Below, in pieces: positions 27,223 to 35,327 of a stretch of 55,202 nucleotides of DNA (position 1 is its first letter; the number at the start of each line of letters is the position of its first letter). Below the pieces are notes generated by a model, which was not told where the DNA came from, did no database searches, and was given only the letters and a program-made list of their open reading frames with translations. The translations under genes were made by a program, and so were the position numbers. This stretch comes from a virus (Duplodnaviria; Caudoviricetes), in IMG/VR virus record IMGVR_UViG_3300041809_002179, positions 1 through 55,202 of that record, one strand, 5' to 3'.

Positions 27223-28220
27223 TGCTCGTAAAACTTCCTCACCCCGAAATTCGATTTGTTTGGACCACGGATTGGCATTTTAGTGATCTGCCACCGGGCC
27301 GCCGCGCCGATGATTATCGGGCCGCGATGTTTGCTAAGTTAGAATTTGAAAGAGAGCTAACAGAAAAGATACATGGGGTTGCAATCACTGGTGCTGATAT
27401 CTTTCACCGCAAGCATCCCAAGGAGACCAGTGTCAATCTCATCATCAGTCTTATTCATGCTTTGCGCCGTTTTCCTACGGGACGTGTGTACGGCAGTGTT
27501 GGGAACCATGATCTCTCCTGGGATCGTTACTCTTCTCTCCCTCACCAACCGCTAGGCGTTTTAATCGCTTCCCAAGCCTATCACAATCTGTGCGAGGAGC
27601 CAGTCATTTTCACTAATGAAGATGAAAGCATACACACGTTGGTTGAAGCCTTTCCTTACGACGACGAATTGGTAACATTGGAACGTATCTTGGAAAGAGG
27701 GAAGACCCGGCCCAAGGGTATCGATTATCGCATAGGGATCGTCCATCAATTCGGGACACCAGGGAACCGGGGCAACCTGTACAACAGCATTAAGATTGGG
27801 TACAACGAGCTCAAGGACGTTGAATATGATTTCCTGTTCTGGGGCCACGACCATTCCCGCAAGAAGACAATGACGGTTGGCAATGTTACCCATATCAACG
27901 TGGGCAGTATGGCGCGGGCCGCGTTTGACTACGATGAGTTAGACCGCCCGGTAGTCGCGGTGATCCTTGCGATGGGTAAGGATGGGGTGAAGATACAAGA
28001 GAAGCCTATCCCGGTCAAACATATCGATCTAGTTTTCTCAAAAGCCGATAAAGGAATGGAGCAGGTCCGGAAGTCTGACGCTGTAACAGAACTTTTCTCG
28101 GAGATGGATGAGGCCGTAAGCGGGATTGATATCGGTTCAGCAGATTTTCACGCTGTACTCCGGGCGCTATGCCCGGACGACCCAAAACTCGTACAATTTG
28201 TGGAGGAATTATGCGTCTAG
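27222..28220 (+). CDS. SbcD/Mre11-like nuclease
   Basis: TDWH, GADIFH, GNHD, GHDH, NVGSMAR. Confidence 0.8.
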   Translation: MLVKLPHPEIRFVWTTDWHFSDLPPGRRADDYRAAMFAKLEFERELTEKIHGVAITGADIFHRKHPKETSVNLIISLIHALRRFPTGRVYGSVGNHDLSWDRYSSLPHQPLGVLIASQAYHNLCEEPVIFTNEDESIHTLVEAFPYDDELVTLERILERGKTRPKGIDYRIGIVHQFGTPGNRGNLYNSIKIGYNELKDVEYDFLFWGHDHSRKKTMTVGNVTHINVGSMARAAFDYDELDRPVVAVILAMGKDGVKIQEKPIPVKHIDLVFSKADKGMEQVRKSDAVTELFSEMDEAVSGIDIGSADFHAVLRALCPDDPKLVQFVEELCV

Positions 28221-28376
28221 AACTTTGGCAGTTGCTCAGTTTCATAGGCGCAGCGGGTTTTCTACTCGCGATCCCTGCCGGAGCGTTGGTTAGCCGATAC
28301 CTCCGCAAACATCGTAGTTTGCAACAGGACCGCTAGTTTCCGTCCTTTGTCGCTTGCTATTTCATAATTGAATCCT

Positions 28377-28640
28377 ATGTCTCGCCCGGTCCATGAACGA
28401 ACGTACATGTCCCTTTGGCATGTGGGACTAATGTGCATCGGGATCTTTGAGTACCAGGCTCATAAAGAAAAGCTTGCTGAGCGTCCAATAATCAGCTTAA
28501 TCGCCAGGGCACTTTCGGTTGGGATGATCCTCTTCCACGCAGATGCTGCGATAGGTGATGCGCTTGACACACCCAAATGCCTTTCGAGATTTCTTCTGGA
28601 AAAAGCCACGGGCATCAATTTCGAACTTTCAAGACGCTGA
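28377..28640 (+). CDS. Hypothetical membrane protein
   Basis: Two hydrophobic segments; start uncertain. Confidence 0.45.
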   Translation: MSRPVHERTYMSLWHVGLMCIGIFEYQAHKEKLAERPIISLIARALSVGMILFHADAAIGDALDTPKCLSRFLLEKATGINFELSRR

Positions 28641-28657
28641 ATCGGTATTACCCATCA

Positions 28658-29362
28658 ATGGCGAATATAAACAAAGGCATTCCTAACATCTGGTTCTCGG
28701 GTGACAAGCACTTGTTTCACGAGTTCATGGTCCGAGGTATGCCGGAGTGCGATAATTGTGGCAACAGGGTGAGCAATGAAGATGCGAAGAACGGCTTCTC
28801 AACCTGCTGCAAAGCCGCCGTGCTTACAGCGGAGCATCCACCGCGCCCGGGATTCGCCAACATTTGGGACATGAATAAAACCATCATCAACAATCATAAC
28901 GAGGTTGTTGAAAAAGGTGATTTGGTCTACGAAATCGGAGATTTTGCAGTCAAGTGTTCTCCACAACAAGCTCGTGACGCCCGTTACAAAATGAAAGGTA
29001 ATTTTTACTTTCTCCGAGGAAACCATGATCAAGTAGCCGAGAAGATTCCTGACTGTTGGATTTGGATGAAAGACTTGTATCGGTTCAAGCCCAAGGGTTG
29101 GGGTGACATTCCACACATCGTTCTGTGCCACTATGCTATGCGTGTTTGGCACGGTTCACACAAAGGAACGTGGCAACTATTTGGGCACAGCCATAATCAA
29201 CTTCCTGAAGAGCCAAGGTGGCTGGCTTTTGACGTTGGGGTTGATGCCCATAACTTCTATCCGGTTTCCATCCAACAAGTAATTGACAAGATGGCTAAGA
29301 AAATGCCGCTTTGGGAAGCGTGGAAGAAAAGACTCGGGAAACAGGGAGGAGTGGGAGATTGA
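28658..29362 (+). CDS. Calcineurin-like metallophosphoesterase
   Basis: GDKH, IGD, GNHD, CHY, FGHSH, DVGVD. Confidence 0.88.
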   Translation: MANINKGIPNIWFSGDKHLFHEFMVRGMPECDNCGNRVSNEDAKNGFSTCCKAAVLTAEHPPRPGFANIWDMNKTIINNHNEVVEKGDLVYEIGDFAVKCSPQQARDARYKMKGNFYFLRGNHDQVAEKIPDCWIWMKDLYRFKPKGWGDIPHIVLCHYAMRVWHGSHKGTWQLFGHSHNQLPEEPRWLAFDVGVDAHNFYPVSIQQVIDKMAKKMPLWEAWKKRLGKQGGVGD

Positions 29363-29661
29363 GCATAGAGGATTTCTGGAACGTACCTCCCCGACATGCG
29401 TATCCGGACGTGGGCACACTTATAGAGGAGACAGCGCGAAAGTTGAACGTCTCTCCTCGAGACCTGAAGGTCTTCGTCAAGAGATTTGTAGGCTTGGCAA
29501 ACGACCGCATAGAGGAAGTTGTGGGGTTCAATTCCGCTCCGGCCCGCCGCGCCTGCGCCGCGCTTTCTGAATTGATAGTGGAGGAGAAAAATGTTGGGGC
29601 GGATGACTCTGGGAACAACTATGTGTGTTTGGCAAGAATGGGTACTAAGGAGTCCTCTTGA
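29359..29661 (+). CDS. Hypothetical protein
   Basis: ORF coupled to both neighbours. Confidence 0.45.
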   Translation: MSIEDFWNVPPRHAYPDVGTLIEETARKLNVSPRDLKVFVKRFVGLANDRIEEVVGFNSAPARRACAALSELIVEEKNVGADDSGNNYVCLARMGTKESS

Positions 29662-30608
29662 CGGAGATATATCAGCGCGTCGCAACTAAATTCGTAGAAC
29701 GTATTCACGAAGTCTGGAATTCCGAAGAGACCCTGAAAGAAGAGTTTCTAAAGAGCTTTCCTCATTTACCTTTCACCCGCACCGACAATTGGCAACTCAT
29801 AGCGCATAAGCTCTTCCGTGACGTCTGGCTGGAAGCAGGGCCGGAAGTCAAAGGGGAACCAACCGGATATGATAAGATGGTTGTCATGCGCATAGTGCAC
29901 CCGAAGCTGGATTACAATTTGTTTACACAGATTCTGCTCAACCTTCAAAACTATCTCGGCATAGGCTACGCGGTAGAGGACGCGGAACGCGAAATTCTAG
30001 AGCTGAAAACCAAATGGCCGAAGGAGGCGAAGCTAGATCCCTTTAAACCGGGTAGCAAGATGGTCAAAAATGCTTCCAATTTTGAAGAGATCGCTTACAA
30101 CAATGTTCTTTCAACGCAGCGAGCGCATAAGATCATCTCGGAATTTAGCGGAGGGACTAGTTTTCGAGTTTCTCCAGCCGGCAGCACTCCGGCCTTTGCC
30201 GACAGCCGGAATATATCGATGATTGGTGTAGGTGGGGACAAGTACCTTCGCACATTATCTACCTTGGCTCCTTACTACATCACTTGGGAACAAGCGCCTG
30301 AAATGGCGCGGTTGGATGATCGTCCCGGTTTTCCAAATGGCCTTTGGTTTTGGGCGGAAGGGATTTCTTACCCGTTTGTTTCCAAGTCCGGAGGAGAGAC
30401 TCTACAGGATGTTCTATTCGCCCGCAAGATCATGTATGAGGTCTTTTGGGGCGTAGACATAACCCAGAAGCAGTGTATCCAGATTCCGCGGATGAACTCC
30501 GTGCTGGTGATCACTGGTAAGCCCGCGCCGGATTTGAAGATTGTGGTGGAGAAGTTGCAGGCCCGTTGGCCCGGTGTGATTAGCTTTTATGAAGGAGCGC
30601 GGGGATGA
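29658..30608 (+). CDS. Hypothetical protein
   Basis: 316 aa, SD aaggag. Confidence 0.7.
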   Translation: MTEIYQRVATKFVERIHEVWNSEETLKEEFLKSFPHLPFTRTDNWQLIAHKLFRDVWLEAGPEVKGEPTGYDKMVVMRIVHPKLDYNLFTQILLNLQNYLGIGYAVEDAEREILELKTKWPKEAKLDPFKPGSKMVKNASNFEEIAYNNVLSTQRAHKIISEFSGGTSFRVSPAGSTPAFADSRNISMIGVGGDKYLRTLSTLAPYYITWEQAPEMARLDDRPGFPNGLWFWAEGISYPFVSKSGGETLQDVLFARKIMYEVFWGVDITQKQCIQIPRMNSVLVITGKPAPDLKIVVEKLQARWPGVISFYEGARG

Positions 30609-30853
30609 AAAAAGTCACTTTTGATAATTTGCCCATGGCATTGCAAACCGCCGATGATAAGTGGATCGTACTGTTTGTTTTGAACAACGTAGAGTTTTCT
30701 TCAACCAAAATCGAAACCAAAGAAGAAGCGATGGCTGTTGTACAGCGGGTGGAAGAACGAGTCAAGGAATGGGCCGCTCCAGGGGGAGCGTGGGTGGAAG
30801 AATTGGAAGATCCGCCCCGGCTGGAAATCCCCGGTCCGAATTCCAATCGCTAA
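30605..30853 (+). CDS. Hypothetical protein
   Basis: 82 aa, coupled start. Confidence 0.6.
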   Translation: MKKVTFDNLPMALQTADDKWIVLFVLNNVEFSSTKIETKEEAMAVVQRVEERVKEWAAPGGAWVEELEDPPRLEIPGPNSNR

Positions 30854-30893
30854 TGAATAGCTGATTTTAGAAATTCAGCAGTAGTATATGAAC

Positions 30894-30968
30894 ATGAAAC
30901 GCAGCCTATCACTATCGAGCTATTATCTGTTGCTTAGCAACGGCTGCGCGGAGGTTCGCGTCGGATAA
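30894..30968 (+). CDS. Leader peptide of the Tyr/Leu tRNA operon, MKRSLSLSSYYLLLSNGCAEVRVG
   Basis: Manual translation; codons CTA, CTA, TAT, TAT, CTG, TTG, CTT; embedded in alternative hairpins; alternative in-frame ATG at 30888. Confidence 0.8.
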   Translation: MKRSLSLSSYYLLLSNGCAEVRVG

Positions 30969-31013
30969 AAGACGAGAACTGACCGAAAGCAGCCGCCGAA
31001 AGGCGGCATTTTT
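30900..31013 (+). promoter_or_regulatory. Transcription attenuator (1:2, 2:3, 3:4 hairpins)
   Basis: cgcagcc 30900-06 pairs ggctgcg 30942-48; cggctgc 30941-47 pairs gcagccg 30989-95, which overlaps the terminator stem. Confidence 0.8.
30992..31013 (+). terminator. Intrinsic terminator directly upstream of the tRNA cluster
   Basis: gccgcc-gaaa-ggcggc then attttt. Confidence 0.9.
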
Positions 31014-31024
31014 ATTGTTCGGAC

Positions 31025-31113
31025 GCATGCGATGGGAGAATTGGCTGATCCCAGTGGTCCGTAAAACCACCGCCCTCAGGGGCATGGGGGTTCGATTCCC
31101 TCGGCATGCACCA
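31025..31113 (+). tRNA. tRNA-Tyr(GTA)
   Basis: Stem gtggt/accac, loop CC-GTA-AA, long variable arm, T-loop TTCGATT, ACCA end. Confidence 0.85.
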
Positions 31114-31129
31114 GTTTAGATGTAGACGT

Positions 31130-31216
31130 GCGCTTGTGGCGAAATTGGCAGTCGCGCCAGCTCGAGGGGCTGGTGGTCGCAAGGCCGTGTCGGTTCGAGT
31201 CCGACCAGGCGCACCA
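31130..31216 (+). tRNA. tRNA-Leu(GAG)
   Basis: ccagc/gctgg stem, loop TC-GAG-GG, long variable arm, ACCA end. Confidence 0.88.
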
Positions 31217-31221
31217 AGTTT

Positions 31222-31308
31222 GCAGCTGTGGTGGAATTGGAAGACGCGCTGGACTTAGGATCCAGTGGCCGAAAGGCCGTGCAGGTTCGATGCCTGTCAG
31301 CTGCACCA
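31222..31308 (+). tRNA. tRNA-Leu(TAG)
   Basis: ctgga/tccag stem, loop CT-TAG-GA, ACCA end. Confidence 0.92.
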
Positions 31309-31314
31309 AGATTT

Positions 31315-31404
31315 GCGCGGGTGATGAAATTGGCAGCCATGTAGGATTCAGAATCCTATGCCCTTCAGCAAGGCGTGCCGGTTCGACTCCGGTCTCGCGC
31401 ACCA
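31315..31404 (+). tRNA. tRNA-Leu(CAG)
   Basis: tagga/tccta stem, loop TT-CAG-AA, ACCA end. Confidence 0.92.
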
Positions 31405-31409
31405 AGTTT

Positions 31410-31495
31410 GCGGTTATGGCGGAATGGCAGACGCGCTAGGCTCAAACCCTAGTGGGAGCAATCCCGTGGAGGTTCGACTCCTCTTAGCCGCACCA
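31410..31495 (+). tRNA. tRNA-Leu(CAA)
   Basis: ctagg/cctag stem, loop CT-CAA-AC, ACCA end. Confidence 0.93.
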
Positions 31496-31789
31496 ATCTT
31501 CTAGCTGTTCTCCTTCCTTTACCCGTAGTTTACTTTGAGAGGCAGAGACTCTAGGTCTAGTTTGTGGTAGGAATCCAGCCTCTCCCGAGCCATAGGAGGC
31601 CGCGCTTGTTAATCAGTCCAAAACCTCTTGAGAAGATGATTGAATCCGCCACTTTTCGGCTGGATATGGATTCGACTTTGTTTACCCTGGAGGAGATCCC
31701 TCGTCTTTATCATTTGTTTTTGTCATTAGCCGAAGAAGTGAAAAAGTTGCAAGTGGAGAGTAACAAACTTTATGGGGGTGATGACATCT

Positions 31790-32110
31790 ATGAAGAAAGT
31801 CTCCTTTAACCCGACCACCGAAGCCTTCACAATCACTTGTTGCAAGTTCTCGGTCTCCGCCAAGTACAAGTACGATTGCGCAAATAAGTTCCTCAACCAT
31901 GTTCGTCGACATCATTCAGACGAGTACGAGAAATTGAAAATTCAGGCGCGCAAATTAGCTCGAAGCCAAAACGGCTGCGGATATTTTGACGCCGGTGAAG
32001 ACGGTCCGACTTCGGGCTGGGCTAAGGCAGGCCACGAATTCAGAGAAGCCTGGGTTCGACAAGCATTGATGGACAAGTTCGCAGCCGGGCAAAGTCCGTG
32101 GGGAGGATAG
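31790..32110 (+). CDS. Hypothetical protein
   Basis: ORF of about 106 aa; start uncertain. Confidence 0.55.
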   Translation: MKKVSFNPTTEAFTITCCKFSVSAKYKYDCANKFLNHVRRHHSDEYEKLKIQARKLARSQNGCGYFDAGEDGPTSGWAKAGHEFREAWVRQALMDKFAAGQSPWGG

Positions 32111-32111
32111 C

Positions 32112-32585
32112 ATGAAAACTCATCTCTTGGTGGTGGACGACGACAACGATGTTCGCGAGGGACTCGCTATGCACCTTTCGGACTTAGGGTACGCGGTTCG
32201 CCAAGCACGAAGCGGCGACGAGGGTCTAGAGTACTTCCACAATCGCGGGCCGTTTGGTTGCGTGATTTCCGACTACCAAATGCCTGGTTTGAAGATCAGG
32301 GACGGTGTGGCGATGCTCGCAGCCATCCGCGCCGAAGTACCGGAGCAGAAATGTATCATCCAATCTGCCAGTTGGAACTTAGCGGAATTGATGGAGGAGA
32401 TGGGGATTGGGGATATTCCGATTCTGCACAAGCCTTACAGTTTGAAAGAGATGGCGGAGGCTCTTACGAAAATGGGAGTGTTGGCCGATTATGGGAAGGC
32501 CGATCTCGACGACATTCGTTACGCTCAAGATTGTGAGTCAACAGATGGTGGAGTAGACGGCATAATCCAAGGATGGAAGAAATGA
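32112..32585 (+). CDS. Stand-alone response-regulator receiver domain (CheY-like)
   Basis: LLVVDDD, ISDYQMPG, QSA, HKPY. Confidence 0.9.
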   Translation: MKTHLLVVDDDNDVREGLAMHLSDLGYAVRQARSGDEGLEYFHNRGPFGCVISDYQMPGLKIRDGVAMLAAIRAEVPEQKCIIQSASWNLAELMEEMGIGDIPILHKPYSLKEMAEALTKMGVLADYGKADLDDIRYAQDCESTDGGVDGIIQGWKK

Positions 32586-32700
32586 AAAGTTGGTTAACGG
32601 CCACACTCACCGTTCTCTTTTTGGTCTTGACTGTAATTCGTTGTGCACAGATTTATCAGACGATCCAGTTAACGCACCAAATCGAACACCGGCTCAAGAA

Positions 32701-33234
32701 ATGAATTTACCCACCCGCATCGGTTGCTTCAAAGGTCCATGGGGCTTTTTGTCCAACTTTGCCCCGGCCAAAGTCAAGCTGTGGATAGACGAACGAAATG
32801 TTCCCTACGCTCACGACATCCATCTGTTCATTGCTCTCGATGTAGAAGAATACGAGAGTGTTGAACATGCCTATCACGCAGCCAAGTTTCTAGACCCAAA
32901 GATTCGCGCCTTATTCCGATTGGCCATATCACCCTCCGACGCTAAAGCGCAGGCTCACAAGCTCAAAGACAAGATTCGTCCGGATTGGAAAGAAGTCAGT
33001 CTGGTCATTATGAAGGACCTAGTCCTCCAGAAGTTCGCCGGCAGCATCATGCGCCGGAAGCTGCTGTCGACATTCCAAGCGGAGTTAGTCGAAGGCAACT
33101 GGTGGCATGACAACTTCTATGGTGATTGTCTCTGCGAAGACTGCGCGAACATCCCAGGCGAGAGCCATCTGGGAAAAATACTCATGGAAGTACGGGGGAT
33201 CATCTATGCTCGTGGTTTGTGCAAAGACAACTAA
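32701..33234 (+). CDS. NADAR (YbiA-like) family protein
   Basis: FLSNF, SVEHAYHAAKF, KF...LVEGNWWHDNFYG, LGKILMEVR. Confidence 0.9.
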   Translation: MNLPTRIGCFKGPWGFLSNFAPAKVKLWIDERNVPYAHDIHLFIALDVEEYESVEHAYHAAKFLDPKIRALFRLAISPSDAKAQAHKLKDKIRPDWKEVSLVIMKDLVLQKFAGSIMRRKLLSTFQAELVEGNWWHDNFYGDCLCEDCANIPGESHLGKILMEVRGIIYARGLCKDN

Positions 33235-33598
33235 AACGATGGACGGGACCTACCGCGTTACCCGTTGCCTGCATCCTTGGGAATCGATCGTAACCTGCGG
33301 AGTTCTAGCCGTTTATTTTCCGGACATCAAGCAAAACGATGCTCTCGATTTCATGACTTGGGTACGAAATTTTCAGCCTCTTTTTACGGATGTGATGGCC
33401 GCCGTTATCAGTGATGGATTGTTCTGGAGGACCGGGTCAATAGATGCCCCAACTTCTATAAGCATCCCAACATCGGAAGCTGAAAATCTTATCGACGCCG
33501 CGTTTGGAAAAGTTATCATAACCCCAAACGACAACGATCTCAAGTTTCTGAAGTCCCTGCGGATCAAATGGAGTTCCGATGAAGAAGTTGAAGCCTAA
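33206..33598 (+). CDS. Hypothetical protein
   Basis: ORF overlapping neighbours; start uncertain. Confidence 0.5.
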   Translation: MLVVCAKTTKTMDGTYRVTRCLHPWESIVTCGVLAVYFPDIKQNDALDFMTWVRNFQPLFTDVMAAVISDGLFWRTGSIDAPTSISIPTSEAENLIDAAFGKVIITPNDNDLKFLKSLRIKWSSDEEVEA

Positions 33599-34076
33599 GA
33601 AGCCGAAGATCAACCCGGACTACACTTGGTTCGATCTCAAGGTTGTCCGATCGCCCATCCACCGTTATGGTGTTGTCGCGAACGTGGACATCTCGAAGAA
33701 GAAATGGGTGATAGAGTACACTGGCGTCCTCATGAATCGCAGGCAGCACCGGTGGATGATCGACAATACTTCTGAGGAGCGCCAGATTTACATTTGGCAG
33801 GTGGCCAAAGGGCAAAACGATAGTGCAAACTGGGATTGGGTTATCGACGGCTGGACGAACGGTAGCGGAGCGGAGTTCATCAACCATTCCTGTGACCCCA
33901 ACCTGTACATGCATTTCATTGGACGCCGGGGCTATTATGTTTCTCTTCGCCCGATTAAGAAGGGCGAAGAACTAACCATTGACTATGCTTTTCGGTGGGA
34001 GAAAGATGAGAAGCGCCGGGTGAAGTGTAATTGTGGAAGCCCGAAATGCCGAGGCTGGATCAACAGAGAACGATAA
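33579..34076 (+). CDS. SET-domain protein-lysine methyltransferase
   Basis: SPIHRYGV, IEYTG, FINHSCDPN, GEELTIDY, post-SET CNCGSPKCRG. Confidence 0.95.
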   Translation: MKKLKPKKPKINPDYTWFDLKVVRSPIHRYGVVANVDISKKKWVIEYTGVLMNRRQHRWMIDNTSEERQIYIWQVAKGQNDSANWDWVIDGWTNGSGAEFINHSCDPNLYMHFIGRRGYYVSLRPIKKGEELTIDYAFRWEKDEKRRVKCNCGSPKCRGWINRER

Positions 34077-34355
34077 TCTAACTGAAATTGTTAATTTCCC
34101 AGTAATATGTAGAGGACGGCGAGACTCGCACCACTACGCTCTAGTAAGACCAAAGAGACTTGGGCCTTCGTTGGACCGTCCACTAGCACTGCGAAATTTC
34201 TTAGTGCGCTGCAAAGTGCGCTCGGGGATAAAGTAGCAGTGCAACCAGAAGCTAAGGTTGCCCAGCGATAGAGGCGAAGCCGGATATTGCACTGGGTTGG
34301 CGAACAGCGACACCGGACCTGCCCTCCGGACTATCTGGTTACATGGCATAATTTT

Positions 34356-34421
34356 ATGGCGACGAAGATACCAACGATGCGACCGCAACCCCGAGTGCTC
34401 GGGGTTTCTGAAGGCGACTAA
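34356..34421 (+). CDS. Leader peptide of the Pro/CAT tRNA operon, MATKIPTMRPQPRVLGVSEGD
   Basis: Manual translation; codons ATA, CCA, ATG, CCG, CCC; preceded by TGgCATAAT extended -10-like sequence and no SD. Confidence 0.75.
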   Translation: MATKIPTMRPQPRVLGVSEGD

Positions 34422-34456
34422 GCCTTCGAACCCTGAGCGCAATGCCAGGGTTTGTT
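34387..34456 (+). promoter_or_regulatory. Transcription attenuator (1:2, 2:3, 3:4 hairpins)
   Basis: aaccccga 34387-94 / tcggggtt 34399-406; ctcggggtt 34398-406 / aaccctgag 34429-37 enclosing gaaggc/gccttc; terminator aaccctg 34429-35 / cagggtt 34446-52 + tgtt. Confidence 0.75.
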
Positions 34457-34500
34457 CCGGATTCAATCCCAACAATTCACTGGCTTCCCCGTTTTGATAT

Positions 34501-34578
34501 CGGGACATGGCGCAGTCTGGTTAGCGCACCGGTCTGGGGGACCGGGGGTCGCCAGTTCGAATCTGGCTGTCCCGACCA
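34501..34578 (+). tRNA. tRNA-Pro(GGG)
   Basis: C1-G72, ccggt/accgg stem, loop CT-GGG-GG, ACCA end. Confidence 0.95.
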
Positions 34579-34589
34579 ATTTTTGAATC

Positions 34590-34782
34590 GACCGCATAGC
34601 TCAAAGGTTAGAGCGGCGCAAATGGACAGGGCGTGGCAAGGGCAGCAAGTTGCGGAAGAACCGAAAAGGCTGTTGAGCCGGAGGCCGGGGATAATCCGGT
34701 CACTCTACGGAGTGTAGGGAATCGCGTTGCAGCTGTCTAAACGGCGGAAGCCGGATGGGGTTCGAGTCCCCTGCGGTCATCA
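34590..34782 (+). ncRNA. tRNA-like RNA with a large structured insert in place of the anticodon arm
   Basis: Acceptor gaccgca/tgcggtc, D-arm tagctcaaaggttagagc, T-arm gggg-ttcgagt-cccc, ATCA end. Confidence 0.6.
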
Positions 34783-34794
34783 GTTTAGGAGTAT

Positions 34795-34871
34795 CAGGGT
34801 ATAGCTCAGCCTGGTAGAGCGCACGTTTCGGGAACGTGAGGTCGCTGGTTCAATCCCAGTTACCCTGACCA
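34795..34871 (+). tRNA. tRNA-Pro(CGG)
   Basis: cacgt/acgtg stem, loop TT-CGG-GA, ACCA end. Confidence 0.95.
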
Positions 34872-34886
34872 ATTTAGGAGGATGTT

Positions 34887-35006
34887 ATGGGGTTGAGGCT
34901 GCTGCTTGTAGGCTTGATGGTTTCAGGAAGCCTGATGCTTGGTGCAAGTGTGCTTCTCAGCGTCATGGCTCTGGTTGAGAAGTACCGGCCATCGGGTAAG
35001 TTTTAA
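34887..35006 (+). CDS. Small single-TM peptide between tRNAs
   Basis: SD aggagg; MGLRLLLVGLMVSGSLMLGASVLLSVMALVEKYRPSGKF. Confidence 0.5.
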   Translation: MGLRLLLVGLMVSGSLMLGASVLLSVMALVEKYRPSGKF

Positions 35007-35010
35007 GTTT

Positions 35011-35087
35011 CGGCGATTAGCGCAGTCGGGTAGCGCACATGCCTTGGGCGCATGGGGTCGGGGGTTCAAATCCCTCATCGCCGACCA
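35011..35087 (+). tRNA. tRNA-Pro(TGG)
   Basis: catgc/gcatg stem, loop CT-TGG-GC, ACCA end. Confidence 0.95.
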
Positions 35088-35327
35088 ATTTTGAGTGTGC
35101 GGTCGGGCACCCCACTCCTTGCTTCTGCTTGGGTGCAAGTGGTGCATGCGAGTGCCGACCGCCTTGAATTTCGGAGGAACAATGTTCGAGGCAGACAAAT
35201 GGCAGCACAAGAATTGCGGCGGGCAACCCCGTGAGTTTGAGCCAGGAAAATGGGAGTGCACGAAATGCAACGGTGCATGGTACGCCGGGGTTGATTTCTT
35301 CAAGTACCTGGCAAATGTAGTGTTCGT

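Noticed and set aside
31156-31172. Reading the second tRNA as Ser(CGA)
   Set aside because: That register destroys the anticodon stem; A73 and the D-loop are Leu-like
31076-31439. ORFs overlapping the tRNA cluster (also 34442-35372)
   Set aside because: Shadow frames of tRNA genes
31538-31592. tRNA-Ser matching the leader's Ser codons
   Set aside because: A gagaggc/gcctctc stem is present but there is no D-arm, anticodon arm or TTC loop; at most a relic
34224-34497. tmRNA or 6S-like RNA from long-range pairing (gaagccgg/ctggcttc)
   Set aside because: No tRNA-Ala-like ends, T-arm or CCA; the 3' part is better explained by the Pro leader and attenuator
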